64,000 nt of DNA from Alphaproteobacteria bacterium. Its GTDB lineage: Bacteria; Pseudomonadota; Alphaproteobacteria; Rs-D84. Shown piece by piece: positions 16,440 to 28,331 of this stretch; within the stretch, counting starts at the first letter, position 1; each line of letters begins with the position of its first letter. Below the pieces are notes generated by a model. That model worked only from the letters and a program-made list of their open reading frames with translations. It was not told where the DNA came from and did not search any database. The translations under genes were made by a program, and so were the position numbers. Location: NCBI GenBank assembly GCA_033345155.1, contig JAWPOG010000045.1:5795-69794 (forward strand), in the 5' to 3' direction.

Positions 16440-17978
16440 ATGTCTTTTGTATCAATGCCTCGTCAGGACTTGCTGTTAGCCATCGATTCTTTGGCCCAGG
16501 AAAAGCAAATTGATCGTGAAATTGTTTTTGAATCTTTGGAAATTGCAGTTGCCAAGATTGCGAAACACAAATATGGCGAAGAATTTAATATTATTGCTGA
16601 TATTGATCGTAAAAACGGGGCGATACATGTTAAACGTTTGTTTACAGTTATTGAATCACCAGAATCTGTCGGTGAAGAATACGATGCCAACACAATGTTG
16701 ACAGTGGGTCAGGCTAAAAAATACGCAAAAAATCCTGTGGTTGGCGATGTTGTCGAGGATGCATTACCTGAGCCAGAATTTGGTCGTATGGCATTCCAGA
16801 CGGCCAAGCAAATCATGACAACACGTGTTCGCGATGCAGAAAAAGGCCGCCAGTTTGAAGAATTCAAAGACGAAATCGGTGATATCGTCAGCGGTGTTGT
16901 AAAACGCATCGAATTTGGCAATGTTTATGTTGATATCAATGGCAAAGCCGAAGGCTATATCAAGGGCAGTGAATTAATCCCAGGCGAACGTTTAAGCACT
17001 GGCGACCGCGTTCGTGCGTTAATTATGGATGTTGTCCGTTCTAATACTGGGCCTCAGATTTTTATGACTCGCACACATCCATTGTTCATGGAAAAGCTGT
17101 TTGCCCAAGAAGTGCCAGAAATCTACGAAGGTGTTATCAAGATTAAATCTGTTGCGCGCGCACCTGGCTCGCATGCGAAAATTGCGGTTGAAACGGCCGA
17201 CCCATCTATTGATGCGGTTGGTATGACTGTTGGTATCAAGGGTACTCGTATCCAGCCGGTTATCAACGAATGTCATGGCGAAAAAATCGATGTTATTTTA
17301 TATTCAGAAGATCCTGCGGTGTTCATTGTGAATGCTATGCAACCGGCCAAGGTCGCAAAAATCATCGTTGACGAAGATACACGCAGTGCTGCCGTCGTTG
17401 TGAACGAAGATCAGCAGTCTTTGGCAATTGGGCGTCGCGGTCAAAATGTCCGCCTGGCAACCCAGTTGACGGGCTGGAACATCGATGTTATGAACGAAGC
17501 CGAAGAGCAAGAACGTCGTGCCAAAGAATTCAAAGAAAAGACAGAATTATTCATTGGTGGCCTTGATGTTGATGAAATGATTGCACAATTATTGATTACC
17601 GAGGGCTTCCGCACAATCGAAGAAATCGCATTTGTTGATATTGCTGAATTGGAAAGCATCGAAGGCTTTAATTCTGAATTGGCATCTGAATTGCAAAAAC
17701 GAGCCAAGACCTATCTGGATAAGGTTGAACATGATTATATGACTGCGGGACGCAACTTGGGTATGTCTGACGATTTGTTGGCATTTGACTTTATCAAGCG
17801 TCCAATAATTATGAAATTGGGTGAAGCTGGTATTAAATCTTTGGAGGATTTGGCGGATCTAGCAACCGATGAATTGGTTGAAATTCTGGGCGAAGACACA
17901 ATGTCCAGCCGCTTGGCAGGTCGCGTAATCATGAAAGCACGTGAACTGGCGTATGGCATAACCAAGGACAATAAATAA
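16440..17978 (+). CDS. nusA: Transcription termination/antitermination factor NusA
   Basis: FGRMAFQTAKQ, S1 and KH domains, LAIGRRGQNVRLA, C-terminal acidic repeats; AAGGAG RBS. Confidence 0.97.
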   Translation: MSFVSMPRQDLLLAIDSLAQEKQIDREIVFESLEIAVAKIAKHKYGEEFNIIADIDRKNGAIHVKRLFTVIESPESVGEEYDANTMLTVGQAKKYAKNPVVGDVVEDALPEPEFGRMAFQTAKQIMTTRVRDAEKGRQFEEFKDEIGDIVSGVVKRIEFGNVYVDINGKAEGYIKGSELIPGERLSTGDRVRALIMDVVRSNTGPQIFMTRTHPLFMEKLFAQEVPEIYEGVIKIKSVARAPGSHAKIAVETADPSIDAVGMTVGIKGTRIQPVINECHGEKIDVILYSEDPAVFIVNAMQPAKVAKIIVDEDTRSAAVVVNEDQQSLAIGRRGQNVRLATQLTGWNIDVMNEAEEQERRAKEFKEKTELFIGGLDVDEMIAQLLITEGFRTIEEIAFVDIAELESIEGFNSELASELQKRAKTYLDKVEHDYMTAGRNLGMSDDLLAFDFIKRPIIMKLGEAGIKSLEDLADLATDELVEILGEDTMSSRLAGRVIMKARELAYGITKDNK

Positions 17979-18013
17979 AAAACACACTGTTTGTGACCGA
18001 AGGAAGCAAAAAT

Positions 18014-20425
18014 ATGGCAACATTAACACTTGGAAAATCTGTAACAACTGATGCTGTGCGCAGCAAAAAGGGTGACGCGGTCTTTGTCGAACGTCGTCGT
18101 CGTGTTGTCGCACCAAACAGCAAAGAATTGCGGGACGAGCCTGTTGCGCCATCCGCACCAAAAAATGCAGCAGATGAAAAATTGCGTGCAGTATTGGCCG
18201 CAGCCAAGGCGCGTGAAGAAGAACGCAAACAACGCGAAGCAGACGAGGCCGCAGCCCGTGCTGCGCGTGCCGCTGAAATCGAACGCGAAAATCGCGAGTA
18301 CGAGCAGGTTCGTGAACAATTGGCTGCACGTGAAAATTCAAGTATTGCAGATGTGTCTGATGTCGCCGAAGGTGTGCTAGCACAAAAACAAAAAAATCAA
18401 TCATCTCAAAAGACCTTTACAAACAATTCCGCACCCGGCACCAATCGCAAGGGGCGCGACAACGATGACGAAGATGTGCGCCCAAATCGCTTTGGTAATG
18501 GCAAGAAAGATTTCAAAAAATCTGGCAAAATCCATTTGAATGATATTGTTATGGGTGGTGGCGATGATGACGATGATGAAATTGGTATTCGTGGTGCAAA
18601 TCGTCGCCGTTCCGAGGCTTCGTTAAAAAGATTTCGTGAAAAAGCGCGCGCAGTATTTTCTGCCCCTCAAAAGGTCGAGCATATCGTATCCTTGGGCGAT
18701 ACAATTACTGTCAAAGACCTGGCGGCCGCCATGGCAGAAAAGGTCAGCAATGTTATCAAAAAACTGATGGAAATGGGCATGATGGTGTCTGTGAATCAGT
18801 CGATTGATGCCGACACAGCGGAACTGATTGCTGGTGAATTTGGTGCAACGGTTAAACGCGTTGTTGTAAAACCATACGCAGAAATTTTGGAACGTGAACC
18901 AAACCCAGAAAATTTGACCCCACGTGCACCTGTTGTGACGGTTGTGGGCCATGTTGACCATGGTAAAACATCCCTGTTGGACGCATTCCGCAACGCAAAT
19001 GTCGCAGCTGGTGAAGCGGGTGGCATCACCCAGCATGTATCATCGTACGAGGTTAAAACAAAATCTGGTGCAATGATTACATTCCTGGATACACCGGGTC
19101 ACGAAACATTTACAGCCATGCGCGCCCGCGGCGCCCAAATGGCGGATATTGTTGTGTTGGTTGTGGCGGCAAATGATTCTATCATGCCCCAAACTATCGA
19201 GGCTATAAACCACATCCGCGCAGCCAATGTTCCGTTTATTGTTGCGATTAACAAAATCGATTTGCCCGAAGCAAACCCGACCCGAGTTAAAACCGACCTG
19301 CTGCAGCAAGAGGTCCAGGTTGAAGAAATGGGGGGCGATGTCCAATGTGTAGAAGTTTCTGCAACGAAAAAAATCGGGCTGGATAAACTGGAAGACGCAA
19401 TTTTATTACAGGCCGAAATGATGGAATTAAAGGCCGATGCGGACATGTCGGCGGTCGCCTATGTTGTCGAAGCTAAAATGGAAAAGGGGCTGGGGGCAGT
19501 TGCAACTGTGTTAATGCGCCAGGGTACATTAAAGATTGGCGATGTGTTCGTTGTTGGCGAAACATTTGGTCGTGTTCGTGGCTTAATAAATTCTGCGGGT
19601 GAACGTGTTAAATCTGTTCGTCCGGGCCAGCCTGCGGTGGTACTGGGGTTAAATACGGTGCCGGGTGCTGGTGATGAACTGCGCGTCATGGAGACCGAGG
19701 CCCAGACCCGTGAAGTCGCGGCTTATCGTGCCCAGGTAACCAAGGACAAGGCAAATGCTGTTAAACGTTCATCGCTGGAAGAATTATTCGCCAAACGCGA
19801 TGAATCCAAGAAATTAGTCCTGCCGATTATTTTGCGTGCCGATGTGCAAGGCTCTGTCGAAGCAATTACAGACATGGTCAAAGACATCAATACAGACAAG
19901 GTTGGAATAGAAATCTTGTCATCGGGTGTTGGCCAGATTACCGAGGGCGACATTCGCCTGGCAACGGCATCTGGTGCGGTTGTGATTGCGTTTAATGTGC
20001 GTGCAGATTCTGCTGTTCGTGATATGGCACGCAATAACGGTGTTGATATTCGCTATCACAGTGTTGTTTATCGCATCACAGACGAAATCAAAGAAATTCT
20101 GTCGGGTAAATTGGCCCCTGAAAAGCGTGAAACATTTATCGGCTATGCGGACGTTATTGCCTTGTTCACGGTCGGCAAAGGTGTCCGCGTTGCAGGGTGT
20201 CGCATGACCGAAGGCACGATTAAAAAAGATGCATTCGTTCGTCTGTTGCGCAACAACGTTGTAATATACGACGGTAAAATCGGGCAGCTTCGTCGTGAAA
20301 AGAACGAAGTCAAGGAAGTGTCTGGTGGCGTTGAATTTGGTATGTCCTTTGACAAGTACAATGACTTGAAAGAAGGCGACCGTGTCGAATGCTACGAGGT
20401 CGAAGAAGTTCGCGCCAAACTATAA
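18014..20425 (+). CDS. infB: Translation initiation factor IF-2
   Basis: [34 protein letters not shown]. Confidence 0.98.
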   Translation: MATLTLGKSVTTDAVRSKKGDAVFVERRRRVVAPNSKELRDEPVAPSAPKNAADEKLRAVLAAAKAREEERKQREADEAAARAARAAEIERENREYEQVREQLAARENSSIADVSDVAEGVLAQKQKNQSSQKTFTNNSAPGTNRKGRDNDDEDVRPNRFGNGKKDFKKSGKIHLNDIVMGGGDDDDDEIGIRGANRRRSEASLKRFREKARAVFSAPQKVEHIVSLGDTITVKDLAAAMAEKVSNVIKKLMEMGMMVSVNQSIDADTAELIAGEFGATVKRVVVKPYAEILEREPNPENLTPRAPVVTVVGHVDHGKTSLLDAFRNANVAAGEAGGITQHVSSYEVKTKSGAMITFLDTPGHETFTAMRARGAQMADIVVLVVAANDSIMPQTIEAINHIRAANVPFIVAINKIDLPEANPTRVKTDLLQQEVQVEEMGGDVQCVEVSATKKIGLDKLEDAILLQAEMMELKADADMSAVAYVVEAKMEKGLGAVATVLMRQGTLKIGDVFVVGETFGRVRGLINSAGERVKSVRPGQPAVVLGLNTVPGAGDELRVMETEAQTREVAAYRAQVTKDKANAVKRSSLEELFAKRDESKKLVLPIILRADVQGSVEAITDMVKDINTDKVGIEILSSGVGQITEGDIRLATASGAVVIAFNVRADSAVRDMARNNGVDIRYHSVVYRITDEIKEILSGKLAPEKRETFIGYADVIALFTVGKGVRVAGCRMTEGTIKKDAFVRLLRNNVVIYDGKIGQLRREKNEVKEVSGGVEFGMSFDKYNDLKEGDRVECYEVEEVRAKL

Positions 20426-20429
20426 AATT

Positions 20430-20457
20430 CCCCCGCAATCTGCGGGGGTGTTTTTTT
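20430..20457 (+). terminator. Intrinsic terminator of nusA-infB
   Basis: CCCCCGCA-ATC-TGCGGGGG followed by a T-tract. Confidence 0.8.
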
Positions 20458-20596
20458 GTTAAATTTTATTTATCGAATACTGTAAAAGAATCAGTTATAA
20501 TACCCAGGCACCAGAATAACTTTGGTGCGGGGTGATAATTCCGTCCACGATGCACTTGATACTGTTTATAGACGCAACACATAAATCATTAGATTT

Positions 20597-21697
20597 TTAG
20601 CGCTTTGCGTTATTCAGTCGCAACTGTCCGCACGCCGAACCAATATCTGTTCCTCGTTCGCGTCTGATGCGGGTGTGCACCCCGTTCTTTATCAGTGTAT
20701 CTTGGAATCGATGCACCGCATTGCCCGACGGCGATGCAAAGTCGCGTTCATCAACTGCATTCCAAGGAATTAAATTCACCATACAGTTTTTACCGTGCAA
20801 CAGTTCAGATAATTTTTCCGCATGTTCTGGTGTCGCATTATACAGCACTGTTTCACCATTTTCATCTTTCTTGCCTAACAAGATATATTCAATCATTAAC
20901 TGTCGATTGTGGTTATCTGTGAAACGCCATGCTGCATTCATAACATCGTTTAATTTATATTTATTATTAATCGGCATAATTTGTGACCGCAGTTCATCGG
21001 TTGGCGCATGCAAAGAAATCGCCAGATTTATTGGTCGTCCCCAATCAATCAGCCGTTCAATCCCTGGCACAATCCCACATGTAGATACAGTTATCCGTCG
21101 CCATCCAATCCCCATTTGTGAATTGGCGCGTTCAATAAAGTCAATTACATTTTCTGTGTTTTGTAAAGGCTCGCCCGTACCCATGACAACTATGTGTGAT
21201 ACATCGTCATTATTTGCATCTCCGTTTGGTCGAATCGATTTTTCTGAAAGTTTATCTTTGCGCAGTTCCCATTGTGCCACCAAAATTTGTGAAAAAATTT
21301 CATTTGCTGTCAAATTGCGTTTCAGTCCCAACAAAGTGCTGGCGCAGAATCTGCATCCCATTGCACATCCAGCCTGGGAACTGACACAAACGCTGTTGCC
21401 ATATGTTGTGCGCATAAGAACGCATTCAATCTGCTCGTGGTCATTTAATTCCAGCAAAAACTTGGTTGTTTCACCATCGGCCGAATCCAGTTTTTTTACA
21501 ATTTTTACAGGCAAAGTCTGTGCCATACTTTCCAATTGTTGACGCAAATTTTCTGGCACATTTTTCATAGACGCAAAATCTGGCGCTCCACGATTTAACC
21601 ATTCGCGAATTTGTTTCGCGCGAAACCGAGGTTGCCCCATTTCTGTAACAAACTTTTCCAGTTCTGCATCAGTCAGATTAAATAGGATTGTCTTCAT
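20597..21697 (-). CDS. rlmN: 23S rRNA (adenine2503-C2)-methyltransferase RlmN
   Basis: CVSSQAGCAMGCRFC, MGTGEP, SLHA, VNLIPWN, ACGQL. Confidence 0.96.
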   Translation of the reverse strand: MKTILFNLTDAELEKFVTEMGQPRFRAKQIREWLNRGAPDFASMKNVPENLRQQLESMAQTLPVKIVKKLDSADGETTKFLLELNDHEQIECVLMRTTYGNSVCVSSQAGCAMGCRFCASTLLGLKRNLTANEIFSQILVAQWELRKDKLSEKSIRPNGDANNDDVSHIVVMGTGEPLQNTENVIDFIERANSQMGIGWRRITVSTCGIVPGIERLIDWGRPINLAISLHAPTDELRSQIMPINNKYKLNDVMNAAWRFTDNHNRQLMIEYILLGKKDENGETVLYNATPEHAEKLSELLHGKNCMVNLIPWNAVDERDFASPSGNAVHRFQDTLIKNGVHTRIRRERGTDIGSACGQLRLNNAKR

Positions 21698-22527
21698 AAT
21701 TTATACCGTTCATCATTGATAACAATAACCGCCTTGCGCCGCAGTTGTTTTAACTGTTGATCGGCCATGAACATCGCCTGTTTATACATGGTGTTTTGCT
21801 TTATCATATTGTCCAGATTTTTATATTCGCTGGTCTTTTTCGTGCCGCACACCAACAACACAGAAGCGTCATCTGCACGTTTCGACCAAGTCAAAATGGG
21901 CAAATTAGCCACGCGTTCACGCATATCTTCGGCCAGTTCATATTGTTTTGCTGTAAATTTTTGTGGCACACCACCAAAAGATTCCGCCATTTTGACTGCA
22001 TCATCACATGATTTCGGTTTTGTTAATTTTTCGGCAATTTCCGATGGAACATCTGTCAGTCGTACAATTGTCATCTCGATTGGTAATCCGTGTTCTTGTG
22101 CTATGTTTGCGCGTTCATTGGCGATATCTTCATCTGTCACATCAACAGTTGGCATAACGGTACGCGCCACAATAATCTGCCATGCGATATCCGCCCGCAG
22201 TGCGTTGCGGGCCATCTCGCGTTCTGTTGCGCTTAAATCATCACCCAGGTTCATTTTTCTAAGTTCTGCATCAACTGTTTTATCGTCTGGGTCAACATTA
22301 AAATTCTTGGCATAAGCTAATTTTACATTGTCATCGATAATATTTTGCAAAGCCACCCGCCGATTATCAGTCGATGTGTGTCCCTGTCGCGCCATCAGTT
22401 TTGTTCGTGCGGTAACATCTGTATCCGTCACAGGTGTCCCATTAACCGATGCCACAACCGTTGCACCAAACACAGGACACGCAAACATCGTGCACAATGC
22501 TACAAAAACATTTTTTACCAAATTCAT
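21694..22527 (-). CDS. surA: SurA-like periplasmic chaperone
   Basis: Signal peptide, VVASVNGTPVT, LKQLRRKAVI C-terminus; downstream of lptD. Confidence 0.75.
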   Translation of the reverse strand: MNLVKNVFVALCTMFACPVFGATVVASVNGTPVTDTDVTARTKLMARQGHTSTDNRRVALQNIIDDNVKLAYAKNFNVDPDDKTVDAELRKMNLGDDLSATEREMARNALRADIAWQIIVARTVMPTVDVTDEDIANERANIAQEHGLPIEMTIVRLTDVPSEIAEKLTKPKSCDDAVKMAESFGGVPQKFTAKQYELAEDMRERVANLPILTWSKRADDASVLLVCGTKKTSEYKNLDNMIKQNTMYKQAMFMADQQLKQLRRKAVIVINDERYKL

Positions 22528-22544
22528 TTTTTTCTTTCCTTTCC

Positions 22545-24560
22545 TTAGTATTGTTGACCATTAATAGCCATTCCAAATCTGAACTGGAATGTGGTTGTTC
22601 CAACATAGTCTTCTTTGATTGCATTATCATGACGATATTCCACCGACAAATAATAGCAGGGGTGATTATAAAAGAATCCGCCCGTGTGCCGCTGAAATTC
22701 CTCAAATTCCAGATTATATATTGCGTTCCAGCGCATTGACCAGCGATTTGTTAATTGGATACCCGCACCAATAACAGCCTCGTTAATATCGATATTTTCA
22801 AGCAGTTCGGTGTTCCAATGCTGTGACCAAATATGCCCAATGTTAAAGAAATTTCTGGCTGTTCCAATGTTTGCAGATGTTTCTATATGGCGCAGTTCAA
22901 AAGTGCTTTGATTCAATCTGAATCTTGATGCCAGATTCAGCCATTTCATATTGTTATAACTGAGCCGCCCGACATAGTCCGACAACCCTTTGCGAAAACC
23001 TGTATCCAAATCTGTATCGGGCCGTTGTGAAAAATCATATGATTGCCCAACAAAGATTTCAATGTTTTTCCCTTCTTCATCAAATGCCGCCCACCGCACA
23101 CCATAGTCCGCATAGGTTCCATTTTCCCACAAGTCTAACCCAGCAAACCTATTATCTGAAAATAATGTTGAATCGGTCAAAATTGTACCTGTGGAATCAT
23201 TGTTCAGCGCAAATGTTTCCTCGTCCATGTTGCGCATAAAAGTTATACGCGCGCGGGGTTCCAAAATCTGCGTCCAATTACTTGTGGGTTTAAACAAAGG
23301 CAACCCCCATTCCAAATATCCGCTGGGCAAGAATCTATTTTTTATCCCCGAAAAAACACCACCACCAACCAATTCTGTATTATCAAAGTGGTACAAATCA
23401 TATCGTGCAGATATGCTGGCGGTCAGTCGATTCCCACCCCACAGCGTCCATGGTGTGGTCAATCGTGCATCCCCAATCATACGCTGTGCAGATGTTCCGT
23501 CCCCTGATATTCCCAATATATCTGCGCCAAATGTCGCAAATGTTTCCCCAAATAATGGTGCTGTCTGATGTACAGCGCGAATGTTCGGCAAAATATTACC
23601 GTTTGGTGCTGACCATAATCCTGTACTGTCACGCAGTTCCTGGAATATATGAGCATCCGCAACCGCATAACCATTCTGTCCAAACAGTTCCAGTTTAGCC
23701 CCTGAATCCAAATACGGTTGGTCATCATAGAATCCGTATTTTTGCAAATATGTTTTGTCAGACGCGCGTTCCAAGAACACGGTTGCGCGCGCATATTCAC
23801 CCAGTTCAATTACATCATCGTTAAATATGTGCCATCGACTTTCACCTTCGCGGTTATGGGTGAACGAACCCTGGGTTCTGTATTCAGAATGGTCTGCATT
23901 TAATCTGTGTTCTAATTGAAACAGTGGGTTTTCCTGGGTCAGATATGAAAATGTAAATGTCATATCGTGCGTATCAGACAACGATATATACAGCGGAATA
24001 TTTATCTGGGTACCCATTTTATTTGTGGATTCAAAGTCGGGCATTAAAAATCCAGTCTTATATTTAACCCCCGGGTCTGGCATTTCAAAATAAGGCCACC
24101 ACAGCACAGGAACATCATATGTGCGCAACACAGGGCTGTAAAATTTCAGCATACGTGATTCCATATCATGAATAATTTTATAAGTAGAAATCTTCCACGC
24201 ATCCCCATACGCATCGCAATCGTCACACGCAGTAAATGTAGCGTGGCGTGCGATGGTCAAATCCCCCTTGCGCTTGACACTGTCTGATTCGACATACACG
24301 TGGTTGCCCAGCCACAGTTTTATATCGTTGCCGGATAATTCCACCCCCTGTTGCGAGATATAAGAATCGCCCAAAGTCATTCGTTGACCTGATTGATTAA
24401 CTATTTCTGTATTACCAACAGTTTTGATTGTCTCGGACTTGACATCGTATTCAATTTTGTCGGCAATAATCGTATGTGGCTGGTCTGTATCAATTGACAT
24501 CGCATCCGCGGTTGCAGACGCAAAAACAGACAATAAAAATGGCCACAACTTTCTTGTCAT
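22545..24560 (-). CDS. lptD: LPS assembly protein LptD
   Basis: Signal peptide, ATFTAC, GFLMP, SDKTYL, LEPR, FSDNRFAGLD, SDYVG; lptF-lptD-surA order. Confidence 0.92.
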   Translation of the reverse strand: MTRKLWPFLLSVFASATADAMSIDTDQPHTIIADKIEYDVKSETIKTVGNTEIVNQSGQRMTLGDSYISQQGVELSGNDIKLWLGNHVYVESDSVKRKGDLTIARHATFTACDDCDAYGDAWKISTYKIIHDMESRMLKFYSPVLRTYDVPVLWWPYFEMPDPGVKYKTGFLMPDFESTNKMGTQINIPLYISLSDTHDMTFTFSYLTQENPLFQLEHRLNADHSEYRTQGSFTHNREGESRWHIFNDDVIELGEYARATVFLERASDKTYLQKYGFYDDQPYLDSGAKLELFGQNGYAVADAHIFQELRDSTGLWSAPNGNILPNIRAVHQTAPLFGETFATFGADILGISGDGTSAQRMIGDARLTTPWTLWGGNRLTASISARYDLYHFDNTELVGGGVFSGIKNRFLPSGYLEWGLPLFKPTSNWTQILEPRARITFMRNMDEETFALNNDSTGTILTDSTLFSDNRFAGLDLWENGTYADYGVRWAAFDEEGKNIEIFVGQSYDFSQRPDTDLDTGFRKGLSDYVGRLSYNNMKWLNLASRFRLNQSTFELRHIETSANIGTARNFFNIGHIWSQHWNTELLENIDINEAVIGAGIQLTNRWSMRWNAIYNLEFEEFQRHTGGFFYNHPCYYLSVEYRHDNAIKEDYVGTTTFQFRFGMAINGQQY

Positions 24561-25615
24561 TTTTTTATCAGTATTGCCAGTATCAAAGTTAAAAACATAC
24601 CTAATCCGACAGCCAGCAACCCCAGTTCAGTCAAACTGCCCACCATATTAGACAGCGACATATACAACCCCATCGTGCCCGCCATCGCAGCAACCGCAAT
24701 CATTGGCGCAAAACTGGCGCGCCGTCGCAATAACGAAGACCTTAACAATATCATCGTACACAAGGCCGCCAACATCAGATTCATTAACGGACTCAAAAAT
24801 CTGTTGCCCAGTTCAGTCAGTACAGTTTTTTGTTGTTTTTTTGATTCTGCATCAAACGCAACCCGTACCAAATCCCACGTTGGTATTCTGCGAACGCGGA
24901 AAGAGTTATTGCCACCCTTGTCTTCCAGGTTCAGATCCATACCAAATGTGTCAAATGTTCCCGTCACCATCATATCCCCTGATGTCTGCAACGCCCCATT
25001 TGTCATAATCAGCGATAATCCACGTACTGTTGATACCAGTTTACCTTTTTCTGCGAAAATCATAGAAGGCGAATTTTCATCACGCATATCAGATAACATC
25101 ACCTGGGCCAAATCATGCCCATTTACATGGTCGACATACACAACCAATCCATCTGATATTTCGGTAAACGCACTTTCTTGTAATTTCATATGCGCCAAAC
25201 CGTATTTCAGGTTCCATTGTGTGTCATAAAATTTAGCCTGGCTGTACGGCACAATCCAAATATTTATTATCAGATTTAATATCGTCAACACTGTTCCAAA
25301 AATCAAAGCAGGTCGTGCTATTTGTATTGGTGACAACCCAGATGCCACCATAACCGTAATTTCATTATCGCCAATCATTTTGTTGTATGTAAATATCACC
25401 GCAATAAAGCAAACAAACGGCACAATAATCGATGCGATAAATGGAATCATCAACGATGTCATTCCCAAAAAACTGCCGACATCAATGCCGTATTTCAGCA
25501 GAAATTTCATCATGGACATAATTTGCATCATCCATGCCAATCCTGTTAAAATCAGCAGCAACATAATAAAAATTGCAATCAATTGACGCAAAAAATACCG
25601 GTTCAAAATCTTCAT
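24557..25615 (-). CDS. lptF: LPS export permease LptF/LptG family
   Basis: ILNRY, DNEITVMVASGLS, three plus three TM helices. Confidence 0.85.
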   Translation of the reverse strand: MKILNRYFLRQLIAIFIMLLLILTGLAWMMQIMSMMKFLLKYGIDVGSFLGMTSLMIPFIASIIVPFVCFIAVIFTYNKMIGDNEITVMVASGLSPIQIARPALIFGTVLTILNLIINIWIVPYSQAKFYDTQWNLKYGLAHMKLQESAFTEISDGLVVYVDHVNGHDLAQVMLSDMRDENSPSMIFAEKGKLVSTVRGLSLIMTNGALQTSGDMMVTGTFDTFGMDLNLEDKGGNNSFRVRRIPTWDLVRVAFDAESKKQQKTVLTELGNRFLSPLMNLMLAALCTMILLRSSLLRRRASFAPMIAVAAMAGTMGLYMSLSNMVGSLTELGLLAVGLGMFLTLILAILIKK

Positions 25616-25668
25616 GTTTCCCAGTATAAATTATTAATTCCCAGTTTTCAAGGCATAGATATGCATGC

Positions 25669-26886
25669 TTATTCGTATCTTAAACTGTCAATTGGGTTCA
25701 ATTTAGCAGCCTTCATTGCGGGCATAACCCCGGACGACAGTCCGACAATTATAGCCACCGACACCGACAGTACCACTGGCCAAATACTGAACGGCACATT
25801 ATACCCCAGTATAAAACGACCGACCCCCTGGGACAGACCAACACCAATTACCAGTCCAATCATAGACCCAATAAACGAAATCAGAACAGATTCAGACAGG
25901 AATTGAATAATAATCATGCGTTCACGCGCGCCAATTGCCTTGCGAATACCGATTTCGCGTGTTCGTTCTGCGACCGATACCAACATCATGTTCATAATTC
26001 CAATTGCGCCCACCAACAAAGACACAGCAGCAATTGCAATCAACAACAATTTCATATATCCTGTAACAGTTGTCATTGTTTCCATAACTTGTTTCATATC
26101 CATAATCTGGAAATCATCAACCACATCGTCTTTCAGTTTATGCCGTTGTCGCAACAGGGTGGTTATCTGTTCAATGGCCATATTGTTATCAGATTCTGCA
26201 AACAGTTTCAGCGCAATCATATTAACAGAATTTGGGAAGCGTGACCCCTGCAAACGCTTTTTCAGTGTTGTAATAGGAATTATAATCATATCATCCTGAC
26301 TGCCCATGGCAGAATCGCCTTTAGCACGGGTGACGCCTATGATAACAAATGGGGTGTTTTGTACACGAATAACCTCGCCCACAGGATTTTTCGGCAACCC
26401 CAATTCTTGTGCGGTTTCTGGCCCTATGACAGCATAGGTCGAAGCATTGCGCACCGCAGACATATCAAAGAAAGTTCCGTATTCAACCTCGATATTCTGG
26501 ACGGTTGTATAATCCGGATATACCCCCACCATAGAGGTGCCCCAGTTTTTATTTCCATAAATTACCTGGGCTGCGCCATTTTGCACAGGGCTGATTGCCA
26601 TAACATCCGGCAATTGACCGATAAATTCTGCATCTTGGATTGTCAGGGTTTGCCGATTTCCGGTTCGAACGCCCGCACTCTGCGCAGCGCCTGCGCGAAT
26701 CATAATTGTATTTGTCCCCAGTTCAGAAAACTGGTCTGTAATTTGCTTTTGCACAGTTTCACCAACGGCAACCATAATCACCACCGCCATAACCCCGATG
26801 ATAATGCCCAGAACTGTCAGAAATGAACGGATTTTATTTCCACTGATAGATAACCAAGATTCCTTCAAAATATCATTAATCGTCAT
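25669..26886 (-). CDS. MacB/FtsX-family ABC permease
   Basis: RSFLTVLGIIIGV, GIMNMMLVSVAERTREIGIRKAIGA, PIDSLRYE. Confidence 0.93.
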   Translation of the reverse strand: MTINDILKESWLSISGNKIRSFLTVLGIIIGVMAVVIMVAVGETVQKQITDQFSELGTNTIMIRAGAAQSAGVRTGNRQTLTIQDAEFIGQLPDVMAISPVQNGAAQVIYGNKNWGTSMVGVYPDYTTVQNIEVEYGTFFDMSAVRNASTYAVIGPETAQELGLPKNPVGEVIRVQNTPFVIIGVTRAKGDSAMGSQDDMIIIPITTLKKRLQGSRFPNSVNMIALKLFAESDNNMAIEQITTLLRQRHKLKDDVVDDFQIMDMKQVMETMTTVTGYMKLLLIAIAAVSLLVGAIGIMNMMLVSVAERTREIGIRKAIGARERMIIIQFLSESVLISFIGSMIGLVIGVGLSQGVGRFILGYNVPFSIWPVVLSVSVAIIVGLSSGVMPAMKAAKLNPIDSLRYE

Positions 26887-26907
26887 TTTTTATTCCTTTT
26901 ATCCTGG

Positions 26908-27636
26908 TTATAAATTATCGTCGTTGCGTGGTATGCGTCCGTCATAGTTTATTTTCCCGTCACGAATGTGAATCAATCTGTCCGCATATCTAGCGATATC
27001 AAATTCATGGGTAATCATAACAACAGTAATCCCCAGATCTTTGTTCAGTTTTTTGAAGAACTGCAAAATTTCATTTCCCATTTTACTGTCCAGAGCGCCT
27101 GTTGGTTCATCTGCCAAAATCAGTTTTGGTTCGCCTGCCAACGCACGTGCAATTGCAACGCGTTGCTTCATTCCCCCCGACAGTTGTGTCGGTAAATAAG
27201 ATTCAAAGTTTACCAAACCCACGCGTTTCAGCATTTCGCGTGCGCGTCTTACCCGTTCATCCATGTGCATACCACGATACATCAGTGGCAACATCACATT
27301 GTCCAGTACACTTCGTTTTGGTAACAAATTAAACTGTTGAAAAACAAATCCAATATGCTCGTTTCTGACAATTGCCAGTTCGTCCGGGGTCAAGCCTGTC
27401 ACATCGCGTCCATATAACTCATACACACCTGATGTTGGTGTATCCAGTGCGCCAATTATATTCATGCAGGTTGATTTGCCGGACCCAGAAGGCCCCATGA
27501 TTGCAACAAATTCACCGCTTTTGACCGTAAAGTTTATGTCAAATAAAACCTGCTGCTCGCCCCCCATTTCTAATGGGAAACTTTTATTGATGTGCTTCAG
27601 CGATATAATAGCATCCTGTGCGGATTTTTTTTTCAT
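26908..27636 (-). CDS. ABC transporter ATP-binding protein (MacB/LolD-like)
   Basis: GPSGSGKS, LSGGMKQRVAIARAL, LADEPTGALD. Confidence 0.95.
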   Translation of the reverse strand: MKKKSAQDAIISLKHINKSFPLEMGGEQQVLFDINFTVKSGEFVAIMGPSGSGKSTCMNIIGALDTPTSGVYELYGRDVTGLTPDELAIVRNEHIGFVFQQFNLLPKRSVLDNVMLPLMYRGMHMDERVRRAREMLKRVGLVNFESYLPTQLSGGMKQRVAIARALAGEPKLILADEPTGALDSKMGNEILQFFKKLNKDLGITVVMITHEFDIARYADRLIHIRDGKINYDGRIPRNDDNL

Positions 27637-27666
27637 TTTCTCTCTCTTCTTAAAATCGTCACAGAT

Positions 27667-28263
27667 TTATAACAAACAGGTCAAGGTTGCGCTGGTGTTT
27701 TTCAGCATAAACCACCCGATACGATAATCTGTCGCATAAACAGTAATCATAAACAGCGCCAACACACAAATAACCAACAATACATTTCCTTGTTTGCCAC
27801 GCATACAATACAGTGATATATTATAGAACAAGAACAGCACATAAATATCAACCATCATACTTATTGCCCAAATAGAAGCGCAATTAAAGGCCATTGCATT
27901 CAGCACCAGTATCATAGGATAAATAAAGAAAACCGATGCCAATCCTTTAATCGCAATTTCCCAGTCGCGTTCCCCGCCTGTGATTTCGGACACCAGCATC
28001 ATTATTCCGCCGAACACGAACAGCAAAACCACCGCCAAAACCGGCACAATAATTATCGCGGAAAAAATCGAACCCAATGTAATTGTTGCGCCCCCCAGCA
28101 AACGAATTAACAAAACCAAGCATCCCCCCAGTAAACCATACAAGAAAGCTTTTAACATTGCTTCTTCCATGTTCCCATCGGCGACAATTTTAGTAAAATA
28201 GCGTTTTGGATTTACTATCAGATTACGAATGTGTTTGAATGCATTTTTGAATTTCTTTTTCAT
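27667..28263 (-). CDS. Yip1-like membrane protein
   Basis: LIVNPKRYF N-terminal motif followed by about five TM helices. Confidence 0.6.
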   Translation of the reverse strand: MKKKFKNAFKHIRNLIVNPKRYFTKIVADGNMEEAMLKAFLYGLLGGCLVLLIRLLGGATITLGSIFSAIIIVPVLAVVLLFVFGGIMMLVSEITGGERDWEIAIKGLASVFFIYPMILVLNAMAFNCASIWAISMMVDIYVLFLFYNISLYCMRGKQGNVLLVICVLALFMITVYATDYRIGWFMLKNTSATLTCLL

Positions 28264-28331
28264 ATTTACGCCCCTAATTTGATTATTTATATTTTTGCTT
28301 TATAATTACAAAAAATCAACGGAAAAAAACA

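Noticed and set aside
20495-20538. Extra hairpin between infB and rlmN as an sRNA or riboswitch
   Set aside because: It lies between convergent genes and is most simply the rlmN-side terminator or stabiliser; no recognisable motif.
20667-21542. 291-aa plus-strand ORF
   Set aside because: Antisense shadow of rlmN with no recognisable motifs.
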